A DNA stretch of 64,000 bases, from positions 62,001 to 126,000 of the forward strand of contig NMRA01000738.1 in NCBI GenBank assembly GCA_002633005.1, read 5' to 3'. The DNA comes from Phoronis australis (Eukaryota; Animalia; Phoronida). Position numbers and translations under genes: made by a program. The first letter of the stretch is position 1; the number at the start of each line of letters is the position of its first letter. Positions 1-13,924 of the stretch are shown piece after piece. The notes beneath the pieces were generated by a model that saw only the letters and a list, made by a program, of their open reading frames with translations, was not told the origin of the DNA and searched no databases.

Positions 1-295
1 TTGGTAAAGACTTAGACCAATAGGAGTGCGCACCCAGGCCTTGATTATGCTTGTACCCGTCTCATCCCATCCGTTCAATGGTTTAACCCAAAACCGCAAT
101 GAGAACCTTTCAACCCTACAAAGTGGACTACCCCAATGTTACAATGTTGAGCTGTGATCCCAAGTTGTAACACGTCTCGATTGTTTACCGTTGTGTACGG
201 CGGGTCTGGGATGTACTAGATACCAGTGTCTCATAAGTTTCTTACCTGAGAGAGTTCTCGCCTCGTATTGATGTGTTGTGTATTATGCGTTGCAG

Positions 296-510
296 GCAGT
301 TGACTGACTGAGTAATAGCCAACCGACATCTTCGTGGTGGATTTCACGTGTAGTTGAGTGACTCAACAGTTCATTCTGTCTGAAAGAAGTGAAGGCTTCG
401 GTGACTTCGGTGCAGATATTCATTGTGCAAGTTACTGAATCCTGAGCCGAGATCAACCCTGCTTTAACCCAGCCTGTGTTTGGCCTGGGAACACTGACTG
501 GATGCTCGAG
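296..510 (+). other. Possible non-coding (5'UTR) exon
   Basis: ttgcag| acceptor-like site at 295 and GAG|gtatgt donor at 510. Slightly GC-richer than the flanks. No phase-1 open frame compatible with exon A. Confidence 0.25.
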
Positions 511-1106
511 GTATGTTATCTCTAGAGATATTGTATTGTAGGCCTATTGAAATATAATGCCTAGTCGTCTAAAGCCATTATCTTCACTCTAAACCATCCA
601 GTTTTTATTCGACTCTCGACATGTTAAATGATCCTTCTTACAGGTAGGGTGTACCTGCCTATAGTTAACCAAATAACAGTTATAATTCTTTATTTTTGTG
701 ACAGATGTCTGTACCCCAGGACTTAATTGTGGAGATCAGAGGTTTCAAGTTGGGTCATGCTGGCAAATAGAGATTGAATATTCGATGTCTATGATGCCAG
801 CAACAGTTAACACTTTTGCTATTTGGTGATTCTAATTCATACATTTGGCCAGTTTCAAGATGCGAGTTGCACTATTTGCATCCTGAATGGTCTTCACAGA
901 AACGTTCTCCATGTTTTGTTTTCTTTTGAAGTGAATTCTATTTGGCAAATCAGTTGAGTGCTAGAGGTATAATAGTCAATAAAATACTTTCAAACTTTGA
1001 ATTGTAAACTCTTTCATCGGTGGTAAAAATTTGTTAGGAGTGAACTGCTCGTTTTTCCAAGTTGCAAGGCTATTCTGGTTTAATGGCGTAAGGAGTATCT
1101 CACATT

Positions 1107-1270
1107 GGTAGAGGGGGGTCCAGGATTTTTTTAAAAGGGGGGTTGTATCAAGTATTTTTTAAAGGGGGTCCCAGTCAACAATTAGAAAATATTAGATTTG
1201 ATATCACTGTCTAAAATCAAGGGAAAAATGGAGATCCGGACCCCCTTGAACCCCCAGTATGCACCTATGC
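1107..1270. mobile_element. Degenerate MITE (GGGGxTCCAGGATTTT...CCCC type)
   Basis: G-run start ggggggtccaggattttttt and C-run end gatccggacccccttgaacccccagtatgcaccta, the layout of short TIR elements common in invertebrates. Confidence 0.5.
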
Positions 1271-2303
1271 GGTATCGAAGATATTTGAAGACTGTGAGTA
1301 GCTGGAAAAGTTGGCTGAGGGAGAAATGGCCCTTTCCAGGAACCAATCTATGATTTGAATCAAACTCATTCAGCAATCAGCTCGAGTACACAGATGGAGT
1401 CAGTCTATTGAGTGAAAATAATGTAGAACCTCTCCTTGCTGAAAGGCTCGTTCTCTTCCAAAGATTTCAATTTCCTCAAACGAAACGTGAATTATAAAAT
1501 AAAGTTCTACAAAATGCACTTTATGCAGTGAATGTGTCATGTGAAAATGACACTCGTTTCAGGGACGTCGTACTGCAGACCACATGTGAATGTGTTTCCA
1601 GACAGCAAAATTTGAACACCCAGAGTCAAAATATTTTAAATTGATAAACCATTCACAGTGTTTTTCCCCAACTAGTTTCGAGTTCTCGGTGAGGCACAGT
1701 AATAAGCTGTTTGGTGTAGGTAGTTGCTCTCCTTCATGGAGTTTGAAAAACAATTCAATAAGTTAGAACAGTAATTTGTATTTTGTTAAAGGAATTTGGA
1801 CGTTTTGGGTGTCTGGTAACATTTTGATACTAGTTCTTCTTAATTACCAAGGGACAAGGACCTTTGAGCATAGACACTGATTTTGAGCCACACCAGAAAC
1901 ACGCCAAAAATAACAATTGCAGTTGTACTTCCCACATTCTAGGTCCGCCTGTCGATCAAGTTTGAATTTTCTATTGTGGAGTGGGTGATACTGTAACAGG
2001 GTTTTGGTTGAAGCTATCTAGATCTAAATGTGTTTCCTAAGCTAATGGGTTTCACTTCACTTCAACTGAATGGCTAGTAATAAAAAGGAAGATATGGGTT
2101 TTGAACCAAGAACTGCCTCCCCATTAGCCCAGAAATTTCCCAGTGCATTTGTTGATCAGCAGACCGCGTGTGTCTAATTTTGACTTCCACTCGTCCAATT
2201 GAATTCAGGTCTGGTGAAAGGTCATTTACAGTAGTATCAAAAGCTGGAGGACAAAGAATTTTCATGTGCTCAAACTTCTGCCAAATTCTAAACTCTTTAG
2301 TAC

Positions 2304-2513
2304 AATGGTAAAGTCTCACCGTCTTCAGGACGCAACATGGCCGGCAAGTGAATTTTTATCTCTTCAGTTTTTCACAGGACATCAGTAGCACCAAGTAAAG
2401 ATCTATGGCATAACTACCCCTTGACAATTCAGGGAAATTATGGACATTTGCAACATTGTTTGAAGGTTTTGAAGAGTGAAATAGATGTCCGAAATTGGTG
2501 TGACTTTGCTACA
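2304..2513. mobile_element. MITE family A copy
   Basis: Ends atggtaaagtctcaccgtcttcaggac ... gtccgaaattggtgtgactttgcta are imperfect inverted repeats matching the family consensus. Confidence 0.65.
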
Positions 2514-5423
2514 CTACTCAAAATCCCCGGTTACTTGTTTCAGAAAACTTGCCATGTCTCCTCGAGACAAATCTTAAAATTTGTTTAAAATTTTGCAAAT
2601 TTTCTGTAGAGGTACTGCTCAGCATGTTAGGTGTGCAAATTTTTAAACTAAGATGAAAAAATATGGAACAAAAAAGCTTAGAATTGACAGTTTAGTACTT
2701 GATAGTAAAGAGGTTAGGACACAGATTTGGTGTTACTTGACCAGAGATAATCGGGAAATGTCTAGTGTTACAGCACATCATTGGAGGTTTTTGCAGATCT
2801 TTTAGGTTGACATGACAATTATCACACTGGTGACATCGACTGCGGGTAGTTTATTCCCATCACATTAAGCGAAGCAGGTAAATTTCACTACAAGTAAAAT
2901 ATGTGAACTTTCTGAAACTGGAGGTTGATAGGCGAAATTTCATTTAAAGGGTTGTAAAAAGTCATTGATTACGTTTTTCAAAAAATAGGTGACAATAATT
3001 TCTGTTAATATTGGGGAGGGGAGTTTTCTTAGCAAATAGTCATTTTTTGACGAAGGTGGGGGGGGGGGAGGTTTACCGCAACATTTTGCCAAACTTTGAC
3101 ACAAGGAGGTGAATTTCTGGAATGCTTTGGCAAAGTTTGACTAAGGGAGGCAAATTTCTTCACTATTTGTCAACTTTTGCTGAGAACTGAGCTACAAATG
3201 AAAAAGTGACAATTAATGATGGTTAAATGAAGGTCTCAAAGAGGGCGCTGCGCACGATTATTACTGACTGCCAAGATGGGGAAGGTTCAAAAGGTCACAC
3301 CTTTTGGTGCCATTTTGGCTTTGCCTGATGTCTTTATGAGAAATTAATATTCATGAACTAAAATCTCTGTTCACTTTTTTCTCTTCATGAGACTAGAAGC
3401 AGGTGTTGACAATTGTCAACAATTAATATTTACAAGCATAGTTTAATCATTTAGTCATGTGTAAAAAGCATCGGGTTTCAAGCTTTTGTCAGAAGGAACA
3501 GATGGCCATTGCGCTAAAGAGTGTTTAGTGAAAGCCTCGGCATTAAGAATACATGTTTTGACATTTTAAGCCGCTCATGAACGCCGTTTCACTCATGATA
3601 TGTATTCTGTCGTGTTTATTCGTTAAAATCAATGAAGCCGAGATCCGTGTTTTGCTGGTCGAATATTGAATATTCATGTGTGTCACAAATCAGAATTATA
3701 ATTTCTAATTAAAATATTGTTACGATACACATTTCTGTGATTGATACTCGAGGTTAATGGGCTCGTGAATTCTTTGACTTAGATGTTGCAAAAACTATTT
3801 GTTGAACTAGGACAGATGCTTTGCATAATTCAATAAAAATGCTAATGTATGCATCGAGATCTCTGCTAATTTGTTATTTAGCATGTAGAGTGGTTAGTCA
3901 TGAAGGGTTTTCAACTATTTATTAATGGTAAGTGCTGAATTGTTTTTTTACTTAAAACTTTTTTCTTTATTTGGCTGCGAATGAAAGTCAGGGAACCAAA
4001 TTTTTCCACTTGTAACATAAATAATTTCATTGCAATTTGTAATTTTCAATCTAAAATAGACTATGTTTGTGGATGGGAACCTTTTTCAGAGGTAATTGCT
4101 CGAACTGTTCTTTGGCTGTAAAATCAGGTTATATTTAGAGCTAGGGCTGAATTAACAGCCAGTGATGTACATTCCAGAGGAAGGGAGATGTTTTTAAAGA
4201 TGCCACAACATGTGGTTGTAATTGTAAAAAGGCATCATAGTTCACAGATGAGAGACTGACCTGGTGACTGGGGTCTGACACAGTGAAAATACAGTAAGTT
4301 TGCATATGCCTGCTGCCTCTTCTATTTGCTCCATTTCACTCAAGTTAAGGTACACATAGAGTTACATCGACAGGGACGCAATTTTCAGCTAAATTGTAAT
4401 AAAACTGTGTCTTATCTTCCAGTGCTTTGCAATGATAAATGTATGACAAGATTACTTTGCTTTTTCAACCATCTAGGGCTTGTTTCCGAGTTTTATGTTG
4501 TGGTTTCTAGACTGATTTTATCAACCTAATAAATTGAAATGCACCCAAACGTATTGGAACTAGTGTTAGCTTGACCCAGTTTTTGGAGATATAGGGCGAG
4601 CATTATTTCAATTGTTTGTGTCAAAAAATAGGCAGGTGGCCAGGAACCTTTTGTGGTGCACCAGGCCTGCTTAGGCTACACCGTTGTGTGTAAGTCAAGT
4701 AATTAAAAAAAAAAACTCTTACTGAAAAAATTGTTGATGCAAAATACCGGTGCTCGATTCAACTCGTCTCCTCTGATTTTGAAATTCTCAATTTGCACCC
4801 TGGCCGTTGACCCGTATGGGTACGGTAATTTTGAATTGCATTACAAGAGCTTTGTGTCGAGTCTCACAACTTCAAATAAAGTAAAATCAAAAGCTCGCAA
4901 AGTTCGATTGCCTCAGATCATTTAGCAAATAATTCTTGAACCAATTTCATTCCTCATTTCAGTTCACAGTACTAATTACTTTGACGGCCATCATCTCTGA
5001 CATCAGCCCTTGCTCAGTATTAGTGGAAATCTTTGATTCTCCAGTTCAAAGCTGTAGAAGCTCCCATTACATTGCCACGTCACCTTGGGCCATTTGACTG
5101 AAACAAATTCAAAATTTATTTGGATCGATCTCTCAAAAGAACTGTGTCCATCGCCGTTTTCCACATTTTTAACAACCTGTTCAAAGCAGTGGTCTTTAAT
5201 TTGCGCTAAACATGTTCCTTTGATCACGCTGTCGTCGATGATTAGATCTGGTCCGAGGCAGTAAGTGCTGTTAGCATTATTAAGACACGATTGATTTTTC
5301 TGCGGGATGAGTCTTGCAGGTCTAGCGTCGGAGTTTGTGTATCAAATCAACTTCTTTCTTCATTGATTTTTGCATTGTGTTCTATGCTACCTCTGTAAAC
5401 ATTTGACCACAGCATCCCCAGAG

Positions 5424-5644
5424 TACGGTAAAATCTCGCCACTTTAAGACGAGTGAAATTTTATGTTCTCAATTTTTCACTAACAATATGAAGCACCTAA
5501 TCCATGGTTTTCCGTGTTCAAACTCTATCACAGCTACCACCAGACGTTATTTTGAAAATTCAAGGGCTTACGCAACAATCTTCGTAACCTTTTAAAAAAT
5601 TGAAAAAAGATCAATGTTGACAATTTTGGTGAGGTCTTACTTCA
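5424..5644. mobile_element. MITE family A copy
   Basis: tacggtaaaatctcgccactttaagac ... aattttggtgaggtcttacttca. Confidence 0.65.
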
Positions 5645-8600
5645 GTGTAGATTTGGCTTTTAGAGAGCTTCACAGTATCCCTTGGTGATTTGAAAAATAA
5701 TGGAACATTCTTTGACCTCATCATTCTTAACAAATTTCAGCTGTGACACAGCTGAAACTTCTCTGTTTAGTTGGATTTACTTGCAGAGCTCACTTTGCTG
5801 TAACTAATTTTGCAGGAACCCATCAACCTTTTTTCTTAAAACGCAGTTGCACTGGGATCATTTTTGAAGCGTGCCCGCGTCATTAATGCATAATTATTCT
5901 GACTGATGCACTGCAATTGAATAATTCGGGCCAACGGGTGCAATCATAGCACGTTATTTTATCTTGAATTATTCAAATTACATTCAACCTCAGTGTAGAA
6001 CTACTGATTAAAGGGGATCAGTGACAAAATACAATGAAAGTTGTATGAGTTCTAGCATACTGTGAAAATTCAAATTACAAGTGCAGATATACCGTATTGA
6101 CCCTCCTTATAAGCACAGATTTTGAACTGTATATAAGCACCCTCCTTCTTGGTCTAATCGATGATGTAAAATGGATATTAACTTCCATTACTTTAGGACA
6201 ACATGACTTCTTTCTTCTATCAATCTTGATCATCTAATAAATATCGTGTTGCATGGAATTTCTTACCCTCTAGCCTCTCTTCAGTGTTGTCATCTGTGAG
6301 TCATAATGCTCTTCAAACTGCCATGTTTCAAGAAATGTGACTACAATCTCATTACACCACCATCATTGACCATTCATAAAAAACATTATAAATTTACTCC
6401 TACTTTACACATATTTTGATGACATCACAGGAAATGCTCACTTGTGAACAATTCTCAGTTCCTGTTGCATTGTATTTCAGTGAAATTGGGTGCTGATTTA
6501 ACAATATGTCGTGTTGAATACAGGTAAAATTTTTAGACCGATTTTGTGACCTCTGGCACTGAAATTGTCAACAAAAAATATGTGAAACATCGTATTGATC
6601 GCTTTGAAAACTGCATATCACTTGTACCAGATAATTTTTATTTGGAGTAGAGTATCGTTCTAAGTACACCTGTCGTGGCGGTGGCATTTCATGATACTTT
6701 TTTCACCGTATTAAATATGGTACCCCCTTTTCCATGACATTCCTAATCCTCCTGGCTACGTACAAATACCAATCCCAAAGCACTTAGGGCTCCATCACCC
6801 TTGAGTGTTTGCATGAGGTTGAAAAAGTGATTGTAAACTCAAGAAGAACTTTATAAAGAGGGAGTTTTAGACTTGGTGAGTCGAATTTTGTCGGATTATT
6901 AAATGGTTTTCTGAGAGGAATGGAGCCAACATTCGGCCACAAATGTGTTGGTTGACAGGTAAAATGTTTTCTTCTTCTTCTTTTCACAGTTATGCTGCAC
7001 TCCTGTTAGTTGAGCAATTACTGCCAATAACCTTTTCTGAGATTGGAAATAAATTGTTTTGATCCATGCACATTTTTAGTCATGTGCAGGGGGGAGAAAC
7101 AAACTTGAACTTATTTTATGGCTAACCTTTTTTACATTTCTAGTGAATTCTCCAGCATCTAGACATAACAATACGAACAACTAGTGGTTGTCATCAAGCA
7201 GTATAGATGTTCGCAGCAGCATTGTCGATTTGAAACATGCCCATCAAAACTGTTTAGTCCATGCTGTCAGACTTAACCTCACAACCTGTAAATTCACCTG
7301 TTTGTACATCCCTTAGTCAAAGTGAGTCTTCGGAGGCATGACCTCGGAATAGTTTTATTGATCAGGGACCATGGTGCCCATGGGGCGCTTTGTACCAAAT
7401 AGTACGTGAGAATACTTAGGAGTTTTTGACCGACTTTCAGTCATGCCCCAGATTTTTACTGGACCACTGTGTTCTTCGTAGACATTTTTGATTTCAGATT
7501 GTTGGTGTAGTTATGAGGTTTTTATCTGTTTTCCAATTCAAGTGGTTCTCGAATGGTCAAGCCATAGTCAACACATTGTATTGTTCATAGTTTCATTTTC
7601 CTCGTTTGTAATGAGTGAGCAGTATATACCACAGTAATTCCAAGGGCTTCTAACATTTTTGTAAAAGCCCAAAATTTTTCGAAATATTGTGCGATGGTAG
7701 TTATGATGTAGAATTTGAAAATGGCGTGGTATTTATGTGGCGGTTCTTATCTTTATGTAAAAAATGAAGAAAATGATATTTCCATCTGCAGTTCAAAATG
7801 ATGAGATTTTACCCATGCTTCAATGCGTCCTCAGATTTCAGTGAACACAGTGGGTGGTAGAGCCCCTGATACTTGTTATGGGTAAGGAATAAATATGCCC
7901 CTCAATGTTACATAAGAAAAAAGCATTTATTTCTGGGCTGATTATTCTATGGCTTACAGTGCATGGAACATTATCTCAAGTCATTTTATCCATTCAACAC
8001 AAATGTAGAGAGTGGTGCCATTGACAGCACACATGGGGACATAACTCCAGTAATTCTCCACTTGTGAAGTACACCATCTCATTTCACACACACAGAATTA
8101 TTTATAAAAAGAATATTTTGTCCCTCGCTTATTCCGTACATGCCTTCTTGGTGGTAATTTCTTGCCTAACCTAATCTGAACATACTCAGTTTTGCACTTC
8201 AGAAAACATCAAAGCAAAGCCCGGTCCTTGTTTCTTGTCACACATATGTTTTTAACTGGGTTAATGAGGTCCCAGTATTGTATATTTACCATGTATTCAT
8301 CCACTCAAGTCTTCTGGCTATACTTCCTGTTCCTACAAACACTACACTCTGTTTCTCAGTTAATTTTTTACATAACCGTAAACTGCGAAGTCTGTAAATT
8401 CAGTATTTAGCATACGCGGACTGTCGGGAAAACAGATTTTTTCTTTCGCGTAGTGATGAATGTGCAGTGTGGAGCTTTAACGTAGCATTTGTAATAAGGA
8501 CCCTAATTCCATTTTTTGTTTTGTTCTTTACGTTGTGCGAGGCCAGATGTTTGGGATTCGATTTTGTTAAGATCAATTCGCTGAAGTACCATACTTTTTA

Positions 8601-8847
8601 ATGCGACTCTACTTGGAGAGGAGTGTTAAGACTAATGACGCCTCAGTGGACTGGTCATGTTAAACTGGTTCTCAGGTGTTTGAAAATGAATCTACATGTT
8701 GATTATTGGAAACCTGTGACAAGGTGTTGACAGAATCTGAATGAATTGCAGACTAGGCTCTAAAGATTTTTGCATTGCTCTTTCTCGTAATGACCTGTCA
8801 TTTTTAGATTTTCACTAGGTGCGTTTTTTTGAAAAAAAGTTAAGTAT

Positions 8848-9073
8848 TTGAAATATTATCAATTTTGGACTCAATATGGCCGACACGTGAATTTCTTTGT
8901 TTTCTTTTTTAATAATTGAAAGACAAGTAGCACCTAATAATATGTGTATGCCGTACTTACCTTTTTACAATGTTTCTGAGAGATTGTCTACCTTTTAAAA
9001 TTTAGAAGCTTTTGAAAAATAGAGAGCAATGTTAGCTATTATTTTTACTTGAAATTGTTGAGATTTTGCAGTA
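8848..9073. mobile_element. MITE family A copy
   Basis: aattttggactcaatatggccgacacgtgaattt ... gaaattgttgagattttgcagta. Shares internal agtagcacc with the 2304 copy. Confidence 0.65.
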
Positions 9074-10503
9074 GTGCCAATATACAAGTTAGAGATAATA
9101 ATTTAGTTTGTTGAAATACCTAACCAATATAATTACCGAGATAATCTGTCATCCTCCAGGTGTGTAGTGAACAAATACATGATATTCACCCCATAGCTTT
9201 GAATGTGCATCACAAATTCCTCCATAGTCAAACTTTCACAAGCTTGTTTTTGTTTGCTACAATATATACCATTCACATAGGATACAAATCATCTCGATTC
9301 TATGTCTTATAAAAAGCTTTGAATTTGGGGCAAAATTAATTGCCAGAAATAAATAGTTATTTTTCCTCTTTTCACCGGATCAGAGCTACACAGTGAATGT
9401 TCAAAATTGCCTCAAATGTTGCTTGGTAGAAGCTGTACACTAAAACAGTGCCACCAACAAACTAAACATTCTTCAACATGTTTTTTTTGAGAAATTTGAT
9501 AAAATATAATTTCTATGACTCCACAGATGAGTGATTTGCCTTTTCGAGGTGGATTCCTGAGGAGAGCACAACCTTGTAATTGACTTCAAAAATATCTCTC
9601 CTCTGGCACTCAGTTAAAAACACCTGGATTCTTTTGGTAACTTGGACACAAGAATGCTGTTAAACCTTCTCATCTTTTGGCATGTTTTACCAAACATCGT
9701 TCTTGAAGTGCATTGGCTAATATCTCGAAAGGTGAACTGACTGGTAGCTTCTTGAGATCTGACATTTTTGAAATACAGACTTTGATAGACTGTTGATAGC
9801 ATGTTGATATCTGCATGGCATGGATTGAGCTGACATTTCAAGTTTCACAGGGGTCTTAAAAAGTTGTTGAAAAACAAGATAGTAGATACAGGGATGTATA
9901 CCAGTTTTCTCCACTGAATAATAGGCATCAGACTGATTCTCAAAGCCCGGGGACGGTTGCAAGTGACTAGTACCAAAAAAAAAACTGAAATGTTGGTGGA
10001 AGTAGATGATACCTTGGTGTTTTTTAAAACGTATTTGTTGCGTAAATTGTCTCGAGATATCTACCACTGGAATGTGGGAGTTCCAATGGAATTTGGAAAC
10101 TTTAATTTCATAAAAGAAGTTAGATTCTGTTTTCTACAAATATGAAAATTCAGGTCTCCAAATGATAATGACATGGCCTGTTACCGTACTAAGTCAAAGT
10201 AATGCTTAACTATAGTCGTATTGTTAATGAGCAGAAAAGAAGGTTTGATACATACTTTGCAATGCATTTGAGTTTTTTTTCCATGAGAAATAACCCTATG
10301 ATCCCTAACTGCATCCATACATGATTGCTGCAGTGCTTCTGAAACACTATTGCCGTCTGCATGTATCCCAGGAATATTGTGTGGGAAAAGTACACCTGAG
10401 ATTAATTCAAAAAATGCCGTGTCCCCAAAGGATTCATGAATACTGCAAAGTTATGTCACCCCTATTGGCAGACACGGACACTACACAATCAGTGCAATGT
10501 AAC

Positions 10504-10725
10504 CAGTAGCGTGCAGAGGTTTGGTGATGCCCGGGACGAGTTTTCATTGGATGCAACACTGTTCTCAGATGCATGGACCCTAATACTAAGAAAATTAAAG
10601 ATGATGAAATATAAAATAGAAACTTTTTATTCAATTTAACGACAGATCAGTCATAATTTCACAGTGATTGAATTGATTGGGGGGATGCCCAGACGCCCCC
10701 CCCCCCCNCCCTTGGTACGTTACTG
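10504..10725. mobile_element. hAT-like MITE remnant
   Basis: Termini cagtagcgtgca / ggtacgttactg (9 of 12 inverted match), subterminal gatgccc motif at both ends, C-run before the 3' end. Flanks aatgtaac / agtacaac may be a decayed 8-bp TSD. Confidence 0.55.
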
Positions 10726-13707
10726 AGTACAACCCATGCGTCAGTACCAGTATTTGTATGATACAGATAACAATAGAAATTTTTTATTGAATCGTCAAAC
10801 CAAGATGGTCATGAATATTTTCCCAGTATAAATCCAGCAAAATCAGGTGGAACTGACGAATGACAGCAGTATTAAACTTACCTATATAAAATTGCATTCT
10901 GCAATCTGGCCATGACTGAGGAACTGTGGGATATGTTGTTATATAATTAGTGTCTAGGACCAGGATGCACAGTACTGTGATATACTGTACACTTTTGTGT
11001 GAACATTTGTTTACTTAACTTTTAGATATGCCTGGGGAGAATCTGCCAAGTCTCAAATATTTCAGAAAATATCTAGACAGTGTTAAATGACTGTAGCTTT
11101 CAAGGTTTCAGTTATGGCTACCTAACATTGCTTTGCCATTAGCTAAACTCCCCACTTCTTTCCTTTCCCACCCCGTTCCGTTCCTGAGTGAGTTGCTGCT
11201 AATTCTAAGAACTAAACGCCATATGAGATTGCGTAATTGATTCGTTCTCTCGAATCCAATAGGTGTTGCATCCGGCGACCTCTAGCAATTTCTCTACTCA
11301 AAGTGGAGTTGGCACAACTCGACAGTTATCTATTTTGTGTAGAGTTGCGATGGATGTTAAAGTCTGCAAGATATGCTCTCCCACTGGACAAAATTCCTCA
11401 AAGCAGGGTTGGGTTAGTGTACACACAAAGTAATCTTACCTGTAAGTCTTGTTGGCACTTTCTTAGCAATGGGAGACTTTCAGGAAGTAATGAGGGCTGA
11501 TGATGTGTAGCGGGTGACTCGTGGTGCCACCTAGCTCTAGCTGCACCAAGAGTTACTTAATCTTAGCAGCTGGTGTCATAGGGGAATAGTTTGACTTAGT
11601 GAAAACACCCTTTTACAAGTTATGTGATCAGACTTGATGTGTTTTTAAGCAAAAGTGCCTTCTTGTCCTCCAGAGGCCATTGATTTTTGGTCCCAAGCAA
11701 TGCGTAACTGCCACATTGCTGTTTTAAAGTCTCCTGTTACTTTGGTGAGTTTAAAAGGAGAAAATCTGTATCTCAATCAAATGTTTATTTTCAAACAGCT
11801 CTACCCTTACTACAGTGTGTAAATTTCTTCCATCATCATGCTTTTAAATTCAAGTCTGCTTACAAAGTAATTGGTATGCAGTGAATAGTAACCAACTGCT
11901 GTGTTTTCTCCATAATCACATCGAACGCGAGATAAAAATGAGAGTTACTCTAATATCTTCAAATAAAATAATAAATGTTTGAAGTAGTAGAACGGTGAAT
12001 GTTACAACATAATATAAAATTATTTACAAATTTTTACATTCATCTGCTGATAAACTTGATGACACTGAAGCGCTCCCACGGCATTGATCTCTTGACGTTC
12101 CGCAATTAAACTAACCTCTTTATTTCACAATGGCAGTGCGATTTTAACTCATAGAATTTAGGTGTTAACACTAACAAGGGTTGTGTCAACATGTGGGCAT
12201 TAGTGGGATAGGGCCTTTAATCTCTTGGTTTGTAAGTTGTATAATCTAGTATGTGAGGCAGTAATTATCATTAACTTAATACTGTTTTATACCTCGGAGG
12301 CACTTGTATCCAAATTTTTCTTGCAAGATTGATATACAACTGATTATGCAGATGGGAACCATATCTTGCAGAATTTTGGTTTGTTGTTAAAGGGTTATTC
12401 TTAATGTTCTTGTTAATTACAAATCTTGTTTTTTGATATTGCAGTAGTTCAGTTATTTCTTGGAATTTAGCAATTGCTATGAAGGAATCTGGAGTAGGGC
12501 TTGATTTTAATAGCAGTTGATTTGGTTCTGATGGTTTTACAACTACTGTTATCACTGGTAGTAGTATTTAATACAATGTTCATCTAAAACAATCCTGTCA
12601 TTTGCTATCATGCCCAAGGTCTGCTAAACAGTTTTGACAGTTGGTGAAATTAAACAGGAGGGTTGTAATTACTCCCATGTATAGCACATGTCTGGTGCTT
12701 ACAACAAACAAATTCCTGGAATGTTTTGAACAAGTTTATGAAAGGCAGGGGGGTGGGGTGTTGCATAATTTTATGTGCAGTTTGTTAATATTAAATTGTT
12801 GTTGTTGTGGTAATGGTCACAGCATGCTGAATGTGTGTTGAGAGAGGATGTTTGTGTGTTACTTGGTTCCAACATAATGTAGAGATAGTCTGATCTTGAT
12901 TTTTCTGACAAGGTTTGGTGTGAATTCTCTATGAAGCTGACATTTAAACAATAATCATTTGGTGGCATAAAATGGGTAAACATGGATTTGGGGTGTTTCT
13001 AAGTGGGTTCAGTGGTTGATTTGTTGAAAGATGCCGAAGTTATGAATTGCTGGTTCTCAGATGTATATAAACATGGTGCTGGACTAGGGAGTATGTTCAA
13101 AATGTTTTGAGCCATGTTTAATAAGTTCAAAGTTTAAAATATTGAGCTGCATCTGCAAAGCCTAGCTTGTCCTGCTTTACAGGACAAATAAGTGAAATTG
13201 TACAGCATCCTGGTATTTATTTATTTTCAATATTTTTGCTGTGAAAATGATAGTCACATGCTCAGCAAGTAACTGTAGTTGTTTTTCTTAATTAATGCCA
13301 AAGAAGATTAGGTGGCGTTTAAAATTTTTGTGGATGTAAAACCCGGTCTACGATAACTAAATGAACAAGATTGAAAAGGCTGTATCAAACTGAAATGATG
13401 AAAAATTGCATTATCTTGTGGTAGCCTAGCTTAGACTGAACATGATACATAGAGACTAACACAAGCTTCCAACTGCTGGTCAGTATTCAGGGGAAGCCAA
13501 TCTTACTAACTAATTAGTCTCCTACTGTGTTGTTAATTGGTTGGAAGTCTTTCTTTCTTTCTTCCTGGGTTTGAGTGGCCTGATGGTCTCTCTGTGGGAG
13601 CCATCACAAAGGATTTGAGGCTTGCTCTGTGAAGTGAGAAGTAAGGTGTGAGACATGGTGCTAGGAGTTGTGTGTGGGTGATGAGAAATTTTAATGGAAA
13701 AATGTTA

Positions 13708-13924
13708 CTAGGTAAAATCCCACCACCTTAAGAGAACTAAAATTTTTATTTTCCGTTTTTTTTTGTAGATGACGAAATACCATCTAATCAACTCATTTTC
13801 TATACCGTTGCTAAATATTTGGAAAAAATTAAGAACATTCATGTCAATGTTGGAGACACTTGGGAATTAAAAACTGGAGATTTTTGGTTTATTTCAGTCT
13901 GAAATTGGTGGATTTTTGCTTATT
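13708..13924. mobile_element. MITE family A copy
   Basis: taggtaaaatccccaccaccttaag ... gtctgaaattggtggatttttgctta. Confidence 0.55.
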